Shown: positions 20,377 to 29,482 of the stretch, piece after piece
Numbering within the stretch: the stretch's first letter is position 1
Layout: each line of letters opens with the position of its first letter
From: an uncultured virus (IMG/VR IMGVR_UViG_3300005683_000013)
Taxonomy: Duplodnaviria; Heunggongvirae; Uroviricota; Caudoviricetes
IMG/VR virus record: IMGVR_UViG_3300005683_000013
DNA: 64,000 bases
Direction: 5' to 3' (one strand)
Notes under the pieces: model-generated
What the model was told of the DNA's origin: nothing
Databases searched by the model: none
Seen by the model: the letters and a program-made list of their open reading frames with translations, nothing else
Position numbers and translations under genes: made by a program

Positions 20377-20928
20377 ATGAATACATTCACGAGGGTAAAA
20401 TCACAAGGTAAACGAATTGAATTATTGAGGCATGGCTGGGCCAGTCCTGCCACAAGAATGAAACGCAAGCGTGACAGGCGTAACTTCCAATTGGGAATTG
20501 CTCGACTTGAACGTTGGATTAATGAGAAAGGATTTGAACTACGCTTTTGCAAAAACATCATTTCATACGTGTCTTTTAATGACATGGAAGTCGTGATCAA
20601 TAAGTGTTATGCTCCAGGTTCTCAACTTGCTCAACTAGCTCATGAATGTGGGCACATCCTTATTGACCTTCAAGGAAAAATTGAAGAGAGATTTCGTCGT
20701 GGTTATCCGTTACAATACGACAAGAAGTTCCAAAACAATCTGACACACAAAACTTCAATCGTTGAAGAAGAGATTGAAGCATGGAAAAGAGGCGAAAAGT
20801 TGTTGGGAACACTAAACATTCCTTACAATAAGGATACGTTTGCTGAATGCAAATCGAGGAGCTTGAAATCATATTTCCGCTGGGTCGTCCGAAAACCGAA
20901 GAAATTTTCCTCTGGCTTGACGACATAA
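20377..20928 (+). CDS. HExxH zinc metallopeptidase-like protein (ImmA/IrrE-like)
   Basis: LAHECGH...EEIEAW. Confidence 0.6.
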   Translation: MNTFTRVKSQGKRIELLRHGWASPATRMKRKRDRRNFQLGIARLERWINEKGFELRFCKNIISYVSFNDMEVVINKCYAPGSQLAQLAHECGHILIDLQGKIEERFRRGYPLQYDKKFQNNLTHKTSIVEEEIEAWKRGEKLLGTLNIPYNKDTFAECKSRSLKSYFRWVVRKPKKFSSGLTT

Positions 20929-21224
20929 GGCTTCCACCAGTCGGTTGGGTGTGGGTCAAGACTGCAGCTGAGGCAATTAAAGTCCTAGAAACTGGTCGTG
21001 TCGTTGAATGCAGTCTTGACCATGACTTAGCCACCGAGCATTATAACGACATTCATGGTTATAGTGATTCAGGTTACGTCAGAGAACCGACAGGATATGC
21101 AGTTGTTCTCTGGATGGCTGAACACAACTCATTTCCAGACATTGTCAGGATTCATTCAATGAACCCAGTTGGTGCCAAGGCCTTGGCACCAACTGGTTGG
21201 AAGGTTTCGCAACTCTTCTCTTAA
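20847..21224 (+). CDS. cyclic-phosphate-processing receiver-like domain protein
   Basis: LWLDDIR..P, SLDHDL, TGY, IHSMNPVG; start uncertain. Confidence 0.75.
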   Translation: MQIEELEIIFPLGRPKTEEIFLWLDDIRLPPVGWVWVKTAAEAIKVLETGRVVECSLDHDLATEHYNDIHGYSDSGYVREPTGYAVVLWMAEHNSFPDIVRIHSMNPVGAKALAPTGWKVSQLFS

Positions 21225-21323
21225 ACCACAACTTAACTTTGGAGCGCATGAAAAATACGAACCTGACGAGATAGAACGTCTTGAAATCCTAAACAGTTGC
21301 TTCTGACAATCAGGTAAAATAAC

Positions 21324-21352
21324 TCGAGGGTGGCCAATACAGCCACCCTCGA
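21324..21352. terminator. hairpin between convergent genes
   Basis: TCGAGGGTGGC-CAATACA-GCCACCCTCGA. Confidence 0.55.
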
Positions 21353-21382
21353 ATCGTTTAAACCACCCTCAGAATATTCTTC

Positions 21383-21712
21383 TCAGACAACAATAGTTTC
21401 AGGTGTCGTTGGTTCAACGATTTTTTTATCACCGTCTGGCACAACTGGAAGTGATACTTTTTGCTTTTTTGCGACAGGTTTTGCTTCAACAGATTCAGCG
21501 GCTTCCACGACCTGTTTAACTTCAACGGGTTTGACGACCGGTTGACTGGGAGTTTTTACTGCTGGGAGTTTTGGACATTGCAAATCATTTTCTACACAAT
21601 ATTGAACCAACGTTTCACGATTCAAGTGTCTCTCTTCCATGAAGTCTTGCAACGTCTGTTGTCTGCGATTTAACACGTCAGATAGTTTTATTTGAGCTGG
21701 TTTATATTTCAT
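21383..21712 (-). CDS. hypothetical protein
   Basis: ORF track; start re-called. Confidence 0.6.
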   Translation of the reverse strand: MKYKPAQIKLSDVLNRRQQTLQDFMEERHLNRETLVQYCVENDLQCPKLPAVKTPSQPVVKPVEVKQVVEAAESVEAKPVAKKQKVSLPVVPDGDKKIVEPTTPETIVV

Positions 21713-21786
21713 GTTCTTAAGTATGGGGTCGTTAAACACGAACAGCCCTGATTTTCATCAGAGCCGTGAGTGCAAACTTATATTCT

Positions 21787-22071
21787 TTAGAAGCTAAATT
21801 GTCGTTGAATAAGCTCAGTCATTGCAGACTGAAACCTTGGATCTCTTGCAGTCGACGTCACCTTATCATCATCCACTGGATCACCAGAGGCCTCTGCAAA
21901 GGCAATCGCAAACTTTTTCATGATTCGCAACACATGATTTCTTGCACTTGCATGATTCATGGGTTGACCGAGTTTAGTCATGTGTTCTGAAATTGTTCGA
22001 TAGTTTGCTCCGTCATCATCGACGACGGTCGCATAACCAACAGAAACTTTCTTTCCTTTCGGCATACTCAT
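21787..22071 (-). CDS. HTH protein resembling sigma region 4.2
   Basis: [12 protein letters not shown]...[19 protein letters not shown]-coupled to sigma gene. Confidence 0.55.
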   Translation of the reverse strand: MSMPKGKKVSVGYATVVDDDGANYRTISEHMTKLGQPMNHASARNHVLRIMKKFAIAFAEASGDPVDDDKVTSTARDPRFQSAMTELIQRQFSF

Positions 22072-22874
22072 TTGAGAGAAATTCCCTTCTTCAAGTTTTC
22101 AAGTTCTTCAGTTGTTATTGGAAAGTCTTGAGAATTTGTCGGATCTTCTGTTATCCCAAAGCGTAGTCGCAAGATAATCGATTCTTTCGCTGATAGGTTT
22201 TTTAGCACCTGTCTAGTGACAGCAAGCAATTGTTTTTCTGCAACTCGAGCAAATGGGTCACCGTTCGCTGAATTGTCAACAATTGAATGACCGATCGTTC
22301 TTTCGTTATCACCACCCGTCGATTTTCTAGACATTTGTGGAGATTCCAGCGAAAGAACCTCACGTCCGCTTTGAACAGTGGCTCTAACAACTTTTTCGCT
22401 AGCTCCGATTAGCTCAGCAAGATCTTCAGCACTTGGCTCACAACCAAACTGTCGCTTATAATCTTCAGCCGCAGCAATTAGTTTATTTTGCAAGCCAGCA
22501 GCATGAGCAGGCAAACGAATTGTCTTACGACGTTTTAGGATAAGTTGTTGGATTGCCTGTTTAATCCACCAAGTTGCATAAGTTGAAAAACGAAAACCTT
22601 TTTTGTAATCAAACTTATCGACAGCTTTGATAAGCCCAAGATTACCTTCTTGAATCAAGTCTTCAAGAGGAATCCTCGACTTACGAAACTGTTTGGCGAT
22701 GGAGACGACAAGACGAAGGTTTGAACAAATAAGCTTGTTTTTTACCGTCTTCTTCTTTTTTTCGTCTGCAGTCTCGACTTCGGCAAAAAGCGACATACTT
22801 GCATCATGCTCAATACGAGGAGTCTTGTTAATTTCTTCAAAATACCAAGCAACAGTGTCTTTAGTTCCAAACAT
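22068..22874 (-). CDS. sigma-70 family RNA polymerase sigma factor (RpoD-like regions 1.2-4.1)
   Basis: [47 protein letters not shown]. Confidence 0.92.
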   Translation of the reverse strand: MFGTKDTVAWYFEEINKTPRIEHDASMSLFAEVETADEKKKKTVKNKLICSNLRLVVSIAKQFRKSRIPLEDLIQEGNLGLIKAVDKFDYKKGFRFSTYATWWIKQAIQQLILKRRKTIRLPAHAAGLQNKLIAAAEDYKRQFGCEPSAEDLAELIGASEKVVRATVQSGREVLSLESPQMSRKSTGGDNERTIGHSIVDNSANGDPFARVAEKQLLAVTRQVLKNLSAKESIILRLRFGITEDPTNSQDFPITTEELENLKKGISLK

Positions 22875-22931
22875 TTTTGTCTCCTCGTAATTCTTAAGAA
22901 GTGTTATGTCGCTTTCGGCCGCGCGCTATCT

Positions 22932-23234
22932 TCAGTTTTTTGGAGACCAGTAAGGAGGCGGAGGCGTCGGCTCGTACTCTGGGTAAGAATACTCGTTCGC
23001 TTCGGCGACTCGAATTGAGTTGATGTATTTGTTGTGTTGCTGACGACGGATTTCACGAATCTGTTGTTCACGTTGAGCATAACAAATCTCAACTTCATGT
23101 GCAACCGACCCATCACGCTTGGACAATTCTGACGTCATGTATCCAATCCTGTTGTAAAGTTCGTCATCACTCCACATTGCCAATTCATCAGACGATTGAA
23201 TGTCAACCTTGGAAACGCGCTTCTTAGTGCTCAT
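22932..23234 (-). CDS. hypothetical protein
   Basis: Coupled to methyltransferase. Confidence 0.65.
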   Translation of the reverse strand: MSTKKRVSKVDIQSSDELAMWSDDELYNRIGYMTSELSKRDGSVAHEVEICYAQREQQIREIRRQQHNKYINSIRVAEANEYSYPEYEPTPPPPYWSPKN

Positions 23235-24094
23235 TTATCAATACCTTGATTGTTAGATTGCCAATTAATTACTGATTGTGGCATCGCTCGATCAAATCTT
23301 TCTTTCATGACCGAGATTGCCTTCTCGTTACTTTCAAACAGTATCCAGTGTCTGTTCAGGTGTTCACTCGCCTCACCAACTGTTCCTGACCCACCGCAAA
23401 AATCTAGAACAGTCCCATTTTCATGTGAAGATGCCTTAATAATACGAGTTGCTAGTTGAATTGGCTTCTGGTTTGGATAACCCGTCCTCTCTTTTCCGTT
23501 TGTTGGAACGATGGTTTGCCACCATACGTCAGTCGGAAACTTTCCTTTTGCAGCTTTTTCAGGTCCTGCAAGGTCTGGTGCCATGTAAGGAATACGATCA
23601 ACATCATCATAATTAAAGATGTACTTGTCTGGGTCCTTTACGTAAACAAGTATGTTGTCGTGTTTTTTTGGCCAGCAACGTTTTCCTCGCCCACCAAAAT
23701 CATAAGACCAGATTATTTCATTCAAAAAGCATTGTCGACCAAACAATCGATCAAGGTAAACTTTTGCGTAATGGACTTCCCTTTGATCGAGATGTAAATA
23801 GAGTGTACCGTCGTCAGTCAGAACTCGATGACATTCTTGCAATCGTGGTCCCAACCAACCATCGATATAATCGCTAAAGCTGTCGAGATAAGAAATATCA
23901 GAAACAATCTCGTGAGAGTATCGAGATCCAGCGAATCCAACAGAACCAGAGTCATTCAATTTTGACTTGACACGTTTCATTCGCTGGACATCGCCAGTAT
24001 TAAACGGTGGGTCTGTGTAAATTAGTTGAATTGAAGACGATTCAAGCTTTTTGAGGCTCTCCAGATTGTCTCCGTTGACCACCGTTCCTGTCAT
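23231..24094 (-). CDS. site-specific DNA methyltransferase (N6-A/N4-C, beta class)
   Basis: IYTDPPF, DVW, QKP, LDFCGGSGT. Confidence 0.9.
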   Translation of the reverse strand: MTGTVVNGDNLESLKKLESSSIQLIYTDPPFNTGDVQRMKRVKSKLNDSGSVGFAGSRYSHEIVSDISYLDSFSDYIDGWLGPRLQECHRVLTDDGTLYLHLDQREVHYAKVYLDRLFGRQCFLNEIIWSYDFGGRGKRCWPKKHDNILVYVKDPDKYIFNYDDVDRIPYMAPDLAGPEKAAKGKFPTDVWWQTIVPTNGKERTGYPNQKPIQLATRIIKASSHENGTVLDFCGGSGTVGEASEHLNRHWILFESNEKAISVMKERFDRAMPQSVINWQSNNQGIDK

Positions 24095-24262
24095 GTAACC
24101 TACTGTACCATGTGCTTGTGCTAAGTACAATGGAAAGTGTAACAAAATATCACATGTGATGTACACGGTTTGACCAACGTGTATACGTATTGTCAGATGG
24201 TGTGAAAAAACAGTACACCACCATTTTGTGAACATTATGCCTATCGATGTTAAAATCACTCT

Positions 24263-24874
24263 ATGCCGTTGACAAATGACGTTGAACTTTCAATGATTCC
24301 TAATGAAAAAATTGTTGAAGACAATGTCGAAGAGGCCGAAGCAAAAACTTCTGCTTTGATAAAATCAATTTCAATGAGTGATGCGACACAAGGTCCAGCA
24401 GTTCAGGGTATTGGACGACCAGGATGGAAACCACAAATTGATCATCTTCAGAACGCGATTGACCCAACGACAGGTCGATTCCTGTTAAAGGTCGGTGACA
24501 AAGTTCTCATTCAATATCCACATCCCTGGCGTGACACGACTGTGTTCATCATCAAATCAGTTGACCCTTCACACATGGAACATGGTTTCATTGGTCTTTG
24601 GGATCCCAACGGAATGCAATTCACTTGTAGCAGTTACATAACAGGTCCTCGTCGAGGATTGATGTTTAAAATTCCTGACAGTTCTAGGAATTGGGTTCCA
24701 GGAGAAAACGAAGACCTGTACACACAAGTGAAGAGGAAGTATACTCGCAGAGCAACAGAAGAAAAACCCATTGTCGTTGTTCCCACAGTGACTGACAAGA
24801 ACGGCGATATCGTTCCTGTGAAGCGTCCTCGTGGTCGACCAAAGGGTTCAAAGAGCAAAAACAAATCAACGTAG
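24263..24874 (+). CDS. AT-hook-containing protein
   Basis: C-terminal KRPRGRPKGS; GTGAAC-N17-TAAAAT-6nt-ATG. Confidence 0.7.
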   Translation: MPLTNDVELSMIPNEKIVEDNVEEAEAKTSALIKSISMSDATQGPAVQGIGRPGWKPQIDHLQNAIDPTTGRFLLKVGDKVLIQYPHPWRDTTVFIIKSVDPSHMEHGFIGLWDPNGMQFTCSSYITGPRRGLMFKIPDSSRNWVPGENEDLYTQVKRKYTRRATEEKPIVVVPTVTDKNGDIVPVKRPRGRPKGSKSKNKST

Positions 24875-24949
24875 AAAATCGAGGCTAGCACGTGAACATT
24901 ATTAAATTGGTGGGGATCATATTAGGATTATTGGTTTGCGTCGCTAGCT

Positions 24950-25303
24950 TTGGTGGAATTGTCCAGATTGTTCGAGCACTCGTTATCAAAAAGGGATAAT
25001 GTTATGCATCACATGATGTGTGTTCATCTTACCGAACTGTCACTTGCAACAAAGGCATTGAAGTTGATGTTTCCAAACGGGACGTCAGAATTGGAGTTTT
25101 ATGACATCCCGGAAGGCGGCAGAGTCTATAGAGTGAATAGTGAAAGTCTAAAAGGAATTGAACAAGTCCCTGATTGCCCTCCAGGGACCCATGGAAAAAT
25201 CATTGACGGTGTGGTGATGGCATTCACCCCCTACTCGCAAACGGCTCTTAGGTATATTTGTGGGACTCTGTCGATTGATTGGAAGGTTTACACATGGGAA
25301 TAA
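24950..25303 (+). CDS. hypothetical protein
   Basis: ORF track; start uncertain. Confidence 0.55.
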   Translation: MVELSRLFEHSLSKRDNVMHHMMCVHLTELSLATKALKLMFPNGTSELEFYDIPEGGRVYRVNSESLKGIEQVPDCPPGTHGKIIDGVVMAFTPYSQTALRYICGTLSIDWKVYTWE

Positions 25304-25665
25304 GTGAACACGTTGGTGAGGGTGGAATCGTGACGCCTTACGATGTCATCGAAGAATATAAACACAAAGTCACTGAACTACAATCAGTGAATGAGGAACT
25401 CGAGGAGAGACTCCGTCGACTTGAGACAAATTATATTGATTGTTACACGTTGTATGAGGTTGGAACGAAACTAAGAGTCAAGCTTCATAATCACGTTCTT
25501 GACAAGATCAAGAATCGATCGATCAGTGATCGAATCGTGTTGTGGTTGATCGATCGTTACGTCCCATTCTGGAGTGAGGCGACAAAGTTGAGCATCGCAG
25601 CGACAGAAGTTGTCAAGTTAGATCGTGAACGTCATGTCCAATGTCACATCGACAAAGACTGTTAG
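25279..25665 (+). CDS. hypothetical coiled-coil protein
   Basis: ORF track. Confidence 0.6.
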   Translation: MEGLHMGISEHVGEGGIVTPYDVIEEYKHKVTELQSVNEELEERLRRLETNYIDCYTLYEVGTKLRVKLHNHVLDKIKNRSISDRIVLWLIDRYVPFWSEATKLSIAATEVVKLDRERHVQCHIDKDC

Positions 25666-25877
25666 GAACATTGTGGAGATACACTGGTCACCCTGAACAC
25701 GACAGCGTCGTTTGGGTTCAGGGTGACATTGTTTTTGTATCTGAAGATGATATCGTGTTAATTGTTGATGTTAAAACTTTCGGTGACAGGCACACTATTA
25801 AATCAATTCATGGAAATCGTTGTGTGACTAACACAACTCTTGATAGATTTCTTATGACACATACACAAATTAAATGA
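25641..25877 (+). CDS. small SH3-like protein (dispersed relative of array family)
   Basis: GTLW...DDIVLIVD...SIHG. Confidence 0.55.
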   Translation: MSHRQRLLGTLWRYTGHPEHDSVVWVQGDIVFVSEDDIVLIVDVKTFGDRHTIKSIHGNRCVTNTTLDRFLMTHTQIK

Positions 25878-26420
25878 CAATCGAATCAAGTCGATTGTCA
25901 TTTAAACAGCAAATGGGACAAAGTCCCATGTTTGACACTTAGAACACTTTTTCAATCTACTGATAGAACCAGTGTTCGAATCTCAAAAGAATTTCTAAGT
26001 GACTCGAGAGTGACAGTCAGTCAAGCAAGTGCCAAGGTTTTTCGTCATTCTTTGCTACTTGAAGACGTTCACGTGCAGAATGGTAGTATTGATAGAGACT
26101 ATAAACGACACCGATAGCTCCGATCACGACAAATGTGTAATGAATACCAAGATCGTTAAATGATGTGTATCCTAACAAAAATGAAAACAGGAATGCCATT
26201 GCAGAGACAACGACAATTTCAATCCAGATTAGCTTAACCATGTCATCTCAACTTTCAAAGTCAACTGTTATGATATAATGAATCAAAAGAACGAACATAC
26301 AAGTCGTGCCTAAGACGTAAACGACAAGATCCATAGGCTTTCCAAGCCACATCATTTTGACAAACTGATAATACCAAAAACCCGTCAGCCACACTGGAAA
26401 CAGTTTCTTTAGTTTTTGTT

Positions 26421-26636
26421 TCATCTTAGTTTTCCGTTAATTGTGACTCTCATGTATCCGTTTGGCATGTAACGACGTAATACAACATCGGCAGCAAGTG
26501 CCGATGAAAAAACTTGAAGTGTTGGATCGCTTAAATCATCGACAAGTTTAACACCTGTCTCAGCATGAGCAAGAAACTTTCCTTCTGAGTGTTGAATGAC
26601 AAAGCATACGATTGGATAAGTTTGTGGTTGATTCAT
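26421..26636 (-). CDS. hypothetical protein
   Basis: ORF track. Confidence 0.55.
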   Translation of the reverse strand: MNQPQTYPIVCFVIQHSEGKFLAHAETGVKLVDDLSDPTLQVFSSALAADVVLRRYMPNGYMRVTINGKLR

Positions 26637-26790
26637 GGTATGTGAATACAGTCAAGAAACTTACACAAAGTTATCATCAACGCTGTCATCCATAAAATGT
26701 CCCTGACATCTTTTAGGAATGAATGACGTTCACGCAATGGCCTTCTACGCTCTGACCAATAACTTCTTGGTTTATTTTCGTTAATTCTCA

Positions 26791-26875
26791 TGGTGCCGGT
26801 GGTGGGACTCGAACCCACATGTCTTTCGACGACGAATTTTAAATTCGCTCCGTATGCCAATTCCGGCACACCGGC
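26791..26875 (-). tRNA. tRNA-Leu(UAA)
   Basis: Cloverleaf with long variable arm, loop TT-TAA-AA, encoded CCA. Confidence 0.9.
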
Positions 26876-26886
26876 AAGTGTGTCAA

Positions 26887-27153
26887 CTAAATCTTCTTTT
26901 GCTCTTGCAACCTAAAACCCTTGGGTGTCCTGTGCCAAGAACACTCAATATGGTTCTGCACCCACTGTTTTGTCTCCTCTTTTGAGAGATGACCCAACAC
27001 TGACAAGTTATTGTCCCAAGTCGTTTGAAACGTTCGTTCAAGAAGAGGTTTGCTGATCGGCCAAACGTTTGATTCACAACGCAGAATGAGATAACTGTTA
27101 CCTGTCATCGTAACGTTCTGAATCTCAAGAGCCATGTGCAGTTCATTTGCCAT
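26887..27153 (-). CDS. hypothetical protein
   Basis: GAGGT RBS. Confidence 0.6.
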   Translation of the reverse strand: MANELHMALEIQNVTMTGNSYLILRCESNVWPISKPLLERTFQTTWDNNLSVLGHLSKEETKQWVQNHIECSWHRTPKGFRLQEQKKI

Positions 27154-27187
27154 GAAACACCTCTCTTAGATAAAGTGATTAACTATG

Positions 27188-27271
27188 TGCTGGTGGTGGG
27201 ACTCGAACCCACAAGACCTTGCGGTCGATTGATTTTAAATCAACTCCGTATACCGATTTCGGCACACCAGC
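27188..27271 (-). tRNA. tRNA-Leu(UAA), second copy
   Basis: GCTGGTG/CACCAGC, loop TT-TAA-AA. Confidence 0.88.
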
Positions 27272-27280
27272 GAACTCATG

Positions 27281-27487
27281 TCATCGTTCTACGATAAATG
27301 ACAATCGATATTCAGATCGATTCTCTTTTCTAATTATCACCATTGGGACTGCTCCATCTTGACCGTGTGTTGGTGGAAGATCCGCAAGCAACGCTGTCAA
27401 ATAAGTGATAACTCCAAGTGCCTCTTTTTTAGAGAATTTGACGACTTGAAATTGAGGAATATTTTCTGGAATGATTAATTCTGCCAT
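27281..27487 (-). CDS. hypothetical protein
   Basis: ORF with promoter motif upstream. Confidence 0.55.
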   Translation of the reverse strand: MAELIIPENIPQFQVVKFSKKEALGVITYLTALLADLPPTHGQDGAVPMVIIRKENRSEYRLSFIVER

Positions 27488-27543
27488 TGTTTGACCATGA
27501 AATATACTTTATCATAACACAAACTAACTTTCACGGTTAGCGG

Positions 27544-27616
27544 CTCCCAAGGTAGGGATCGAACCTTCAACGTCTCGATTAATAATCGAGGGGCTCCACC
27601 TTTGAGCTACTCGGGA
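27544..27616 (-). tRNA. tRNA-Asn-like with anticodon AUU
   Basis: TCCCGAG/CTTGGGA-G, stem CTCGA/TCGAG, loop TT-ATT-AA; one T-stem mismatch. Confidence 0.65.
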
Positions 27617-27639
27617 ATATTGTTAGAATTACATACCTG

Positions 27640-27713
27640 TCAGAGTGGCGAGAATTGAACTCGCAATCTCGGCTTCTCCACGAAGCCGTGCCGTATCATT
27701 AGACTACACTCTG
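27640..27713 (-). tRNA. tRNA-Pro(UGG)-like, atypical anticodon arm
   Basis: CAGAGTG/CACTCTG-A, intact T arm, arm CGGCTTC-GTGGA-GAAGCCG. Confidence 0.55.
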
Positions 27714-27716
27714 AAA

Positions 27717-27789
27717 ACTGCATTGACAGAATCGAACTGTCGATTTCCATCTAATATTAGAGGAGGTGTTGCCATTACACCAAGTGCAG
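27717..27789 (-). pseudogene. degenerate tRNA-like element, anticodon undetermined
   Basis: D arm GTGT-AATGGCA-ACAC and T arm GACAG-TTCGATT-CTGTC intact; anticodon arm irregular. Confidence 0.55.
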
Positions 27790-27861
27790 TTTTGGTTGTA
27801 AACTAAAGAAACTTACTACGACATCATAATGAATTAGCAAGTATCACGTTTACAACGCAAG

Positions 27862-27935
27862 CGTCCTCGACACGATTCGAACGTGTGACCGATGGCTTAG
27901 AAGGCCATTGCTCTATCCAGCTGAGCTACGAGGAC
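27862..27935 (-). tRNA. tRNA-Arg(UCU)
   Basis: Canonical cloverleaf, loop CT-TCT-AA. Confidence 0.92.
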
Positions 27936-28049
27936 ATTGATCGTTGATCAAAGTCTTACATCAACGATCAGATTATTTATCCAACTCTTGCATAGATAAT
28001 CTTGACGAAGTTTGATCAGAGCTTTAGGCATAGACTTACACTTCGTCAG

Positions 28050-28132
28050 TGGAACGGGTTGGATTTGAACCAACGATAGGCGGAGCCACTTGATTTACAG
28101 TCAAGCCCTTTTGACCACTCAGGCACCGTTCC
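28050..28132 (-). tRNA. tRNA-Tyr(GUA)
   Basis: Loop CT-GTA-AA, long variable arm. Confidence 0.9.
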
Positions 28133-28176
28133 ATAATTACACTATATTACATATCACGTTCAGATTCACTTATTTG

Positions 28177-28415
28177 TGTCTCAGAAGGGAATCGAACCCT
28201 CACGACATTGACAAAAGAACGCTTAGAACGAGCTTCCCTCCCTCGGCAGTTCGCGGCCAGACCCAGTTTGTTACCAAACGTGGCGAGTTTCGGTGCATCC
28301 GCAAATCAGTGTTCTACCTCCACCATGAGAGTTTGCTCTCACAGCAGCTTCAACGCCCCTCTTCTCGAGGCTAATTGTTCCGTTTACAATTGCGGCGCCA
28401 GTTGCTTGCTGAGAC
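28177..28415 (-). ncRNA. ~240-nt structured RNA with tRNA-like acceptor stem and T arm
   Basis: GTCTCAG pairs with CTGAGAC-A; GAGGG-TTCGATT-CCCTT; several internal hairpins. Confidence 0.6.
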
Positions 28416-28437
28416 TTAATCTTTCAAAGAGCACTAG

Positions 28438-28522
28438 CGGAAGGTGTGAGATTCGAACTCACGGACCCTTTCGAGCCGGCGGTATTCAAAGCCGCTGCCA
28501 TCGACCACTCGGCCAACCTTCC
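28438..28522 (-). tRNA. tRNA-Ser(UGA)
   Basis: GGAAGGT/ACCTTCC-G, loop TT-TGA-AT, long variable arm. Confidence 0.88.
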
Positions 28523-28554
28523 AAGAGTAACTATACTCTATCCTCCGAAGATGT

Positions 28555-28782
28555 TCACTTTACCAGTTCAAGTATTCCCTTTCGAATTGCATTCACAGTC
28601 GCGGCATTCCATTTATACAAGTTTGCATCAAGGTTAAGATTTGCAAGAGCTTCTTGCCGAGTCAGGTCATCAAGAGACGATAAGAAATTGATGACAGCGA
28701 TACTCTTCACGCCCTTACCTTCGGACAACTTGACGATACGATCGTTCAAAGGAACCTCACCTACGTCGTTCAAATTGATCAC
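28555..28782 (-). CDS. hypothetical protein
   Basis: ORF track. Confidence 0.55.
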   Translation of the reverse strand: MINLNDVGEVPLNDRIVKLSEGKGVKSIAVINFLSSLDDLTRQEALANLNLDANLYKWNAATVNAIRKGILELVK

Positions 28783-28951
28783 TCAACGATTGAATCTGAT
28801 CTTTCATCTTGTCAAGTGCATCTGGCAACGATTTAAGAAATCGTAACGTCGTTGGACTTGACAACCACTTGAGTAGCTCTGGATCAATCTCCTCTTTTTT
28901 GTCTGCCATCCGAACCTCTTGATTCAACTATACTCTCCTCTCGTAGATTGT

Positions 28952-29167
28952 TCACTCGTCAGTTATGTCGCATGTTCCGTAAGTCGTGATATGACACAAT
29001 CCACGCGATGACATAACAAGAATCTTTGGTGCTGGGACCATCTGATCAACTTCTGACGCATCAAGGACGACAAGAATTTCATCTTTTAGAACGATGCCAG
29101 GTCCTAACCCGTCAATACGTTCTGCAAAAATGAATTCTTTCCACACCTTCAGCAGTGATCCCCTCAT
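28952..29167 (-). CDS. SH3-like array protein
   Basis: RGSLL...VMSSRGLCHI. Confidence 0.75.
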   Translation of the reverse strand: MRGSLLKVWKEFIFAERIDGLGPGIVLKDEILVVLDASEVDQMVPAPKILVMSSRGLCHITTYGTCDITDE

Positions 29168-29412
29168 AACTGTTTAACATATACTGGACTCACGTAACCT
29201 ACACCGTGTGACGTCAATACCTTAATATAAACATCATCAAAATTAAGCGAACCCAAACCCAACATGACTTCGTCAATCCCGATGTGGCACAAGATTGTCA
29301 TTGAATTGTGGCCTTTGCTGAGTGCCCATACGATGATTGTGCCTCGGCCACCAAGGGTGTCTGCGATCAATAATTTTCTCTCGTAACATCTCGGGTTCAC
29401 CAGAATAATCAT
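29164..29412 (-). CDS. SH3-like array protein
   Basis: VLTSHGVGYV; start uncertain. Confidence 0.7.
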   Translation of the reverse strand: MIILVNPRCYERKLLIADTLGGRGTIIVWALSKGHNSMTILCHIGIDEVMLGLGSLNFDDVYIKVLTSHGVGYVSPVYVKQL

Positions 29413-29482
29413 CCTTTCGTGACATAGGGAACTTCAAAAACAATCAATCAAATTTTCTTGCAGCGATTGGAATGGCATACCT

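Noticed and set aside
26633..26869. N-terminal part of ORF 26633..26869
   Set aside because: It overlaps tRNA-Leu; any real gene would start at 26791.
28177..28415. tmRNA
   Set aside because: No G3:U70 alanine identity pair and no recognisable tag reading frame; kept as an unknown ncRNA.
28090..28846. Plus-strand ORFs 28090..28374 and 28208..28846
   Set aside because: They are antisense to tRNA and ncRNA genes and have no protein motifs.
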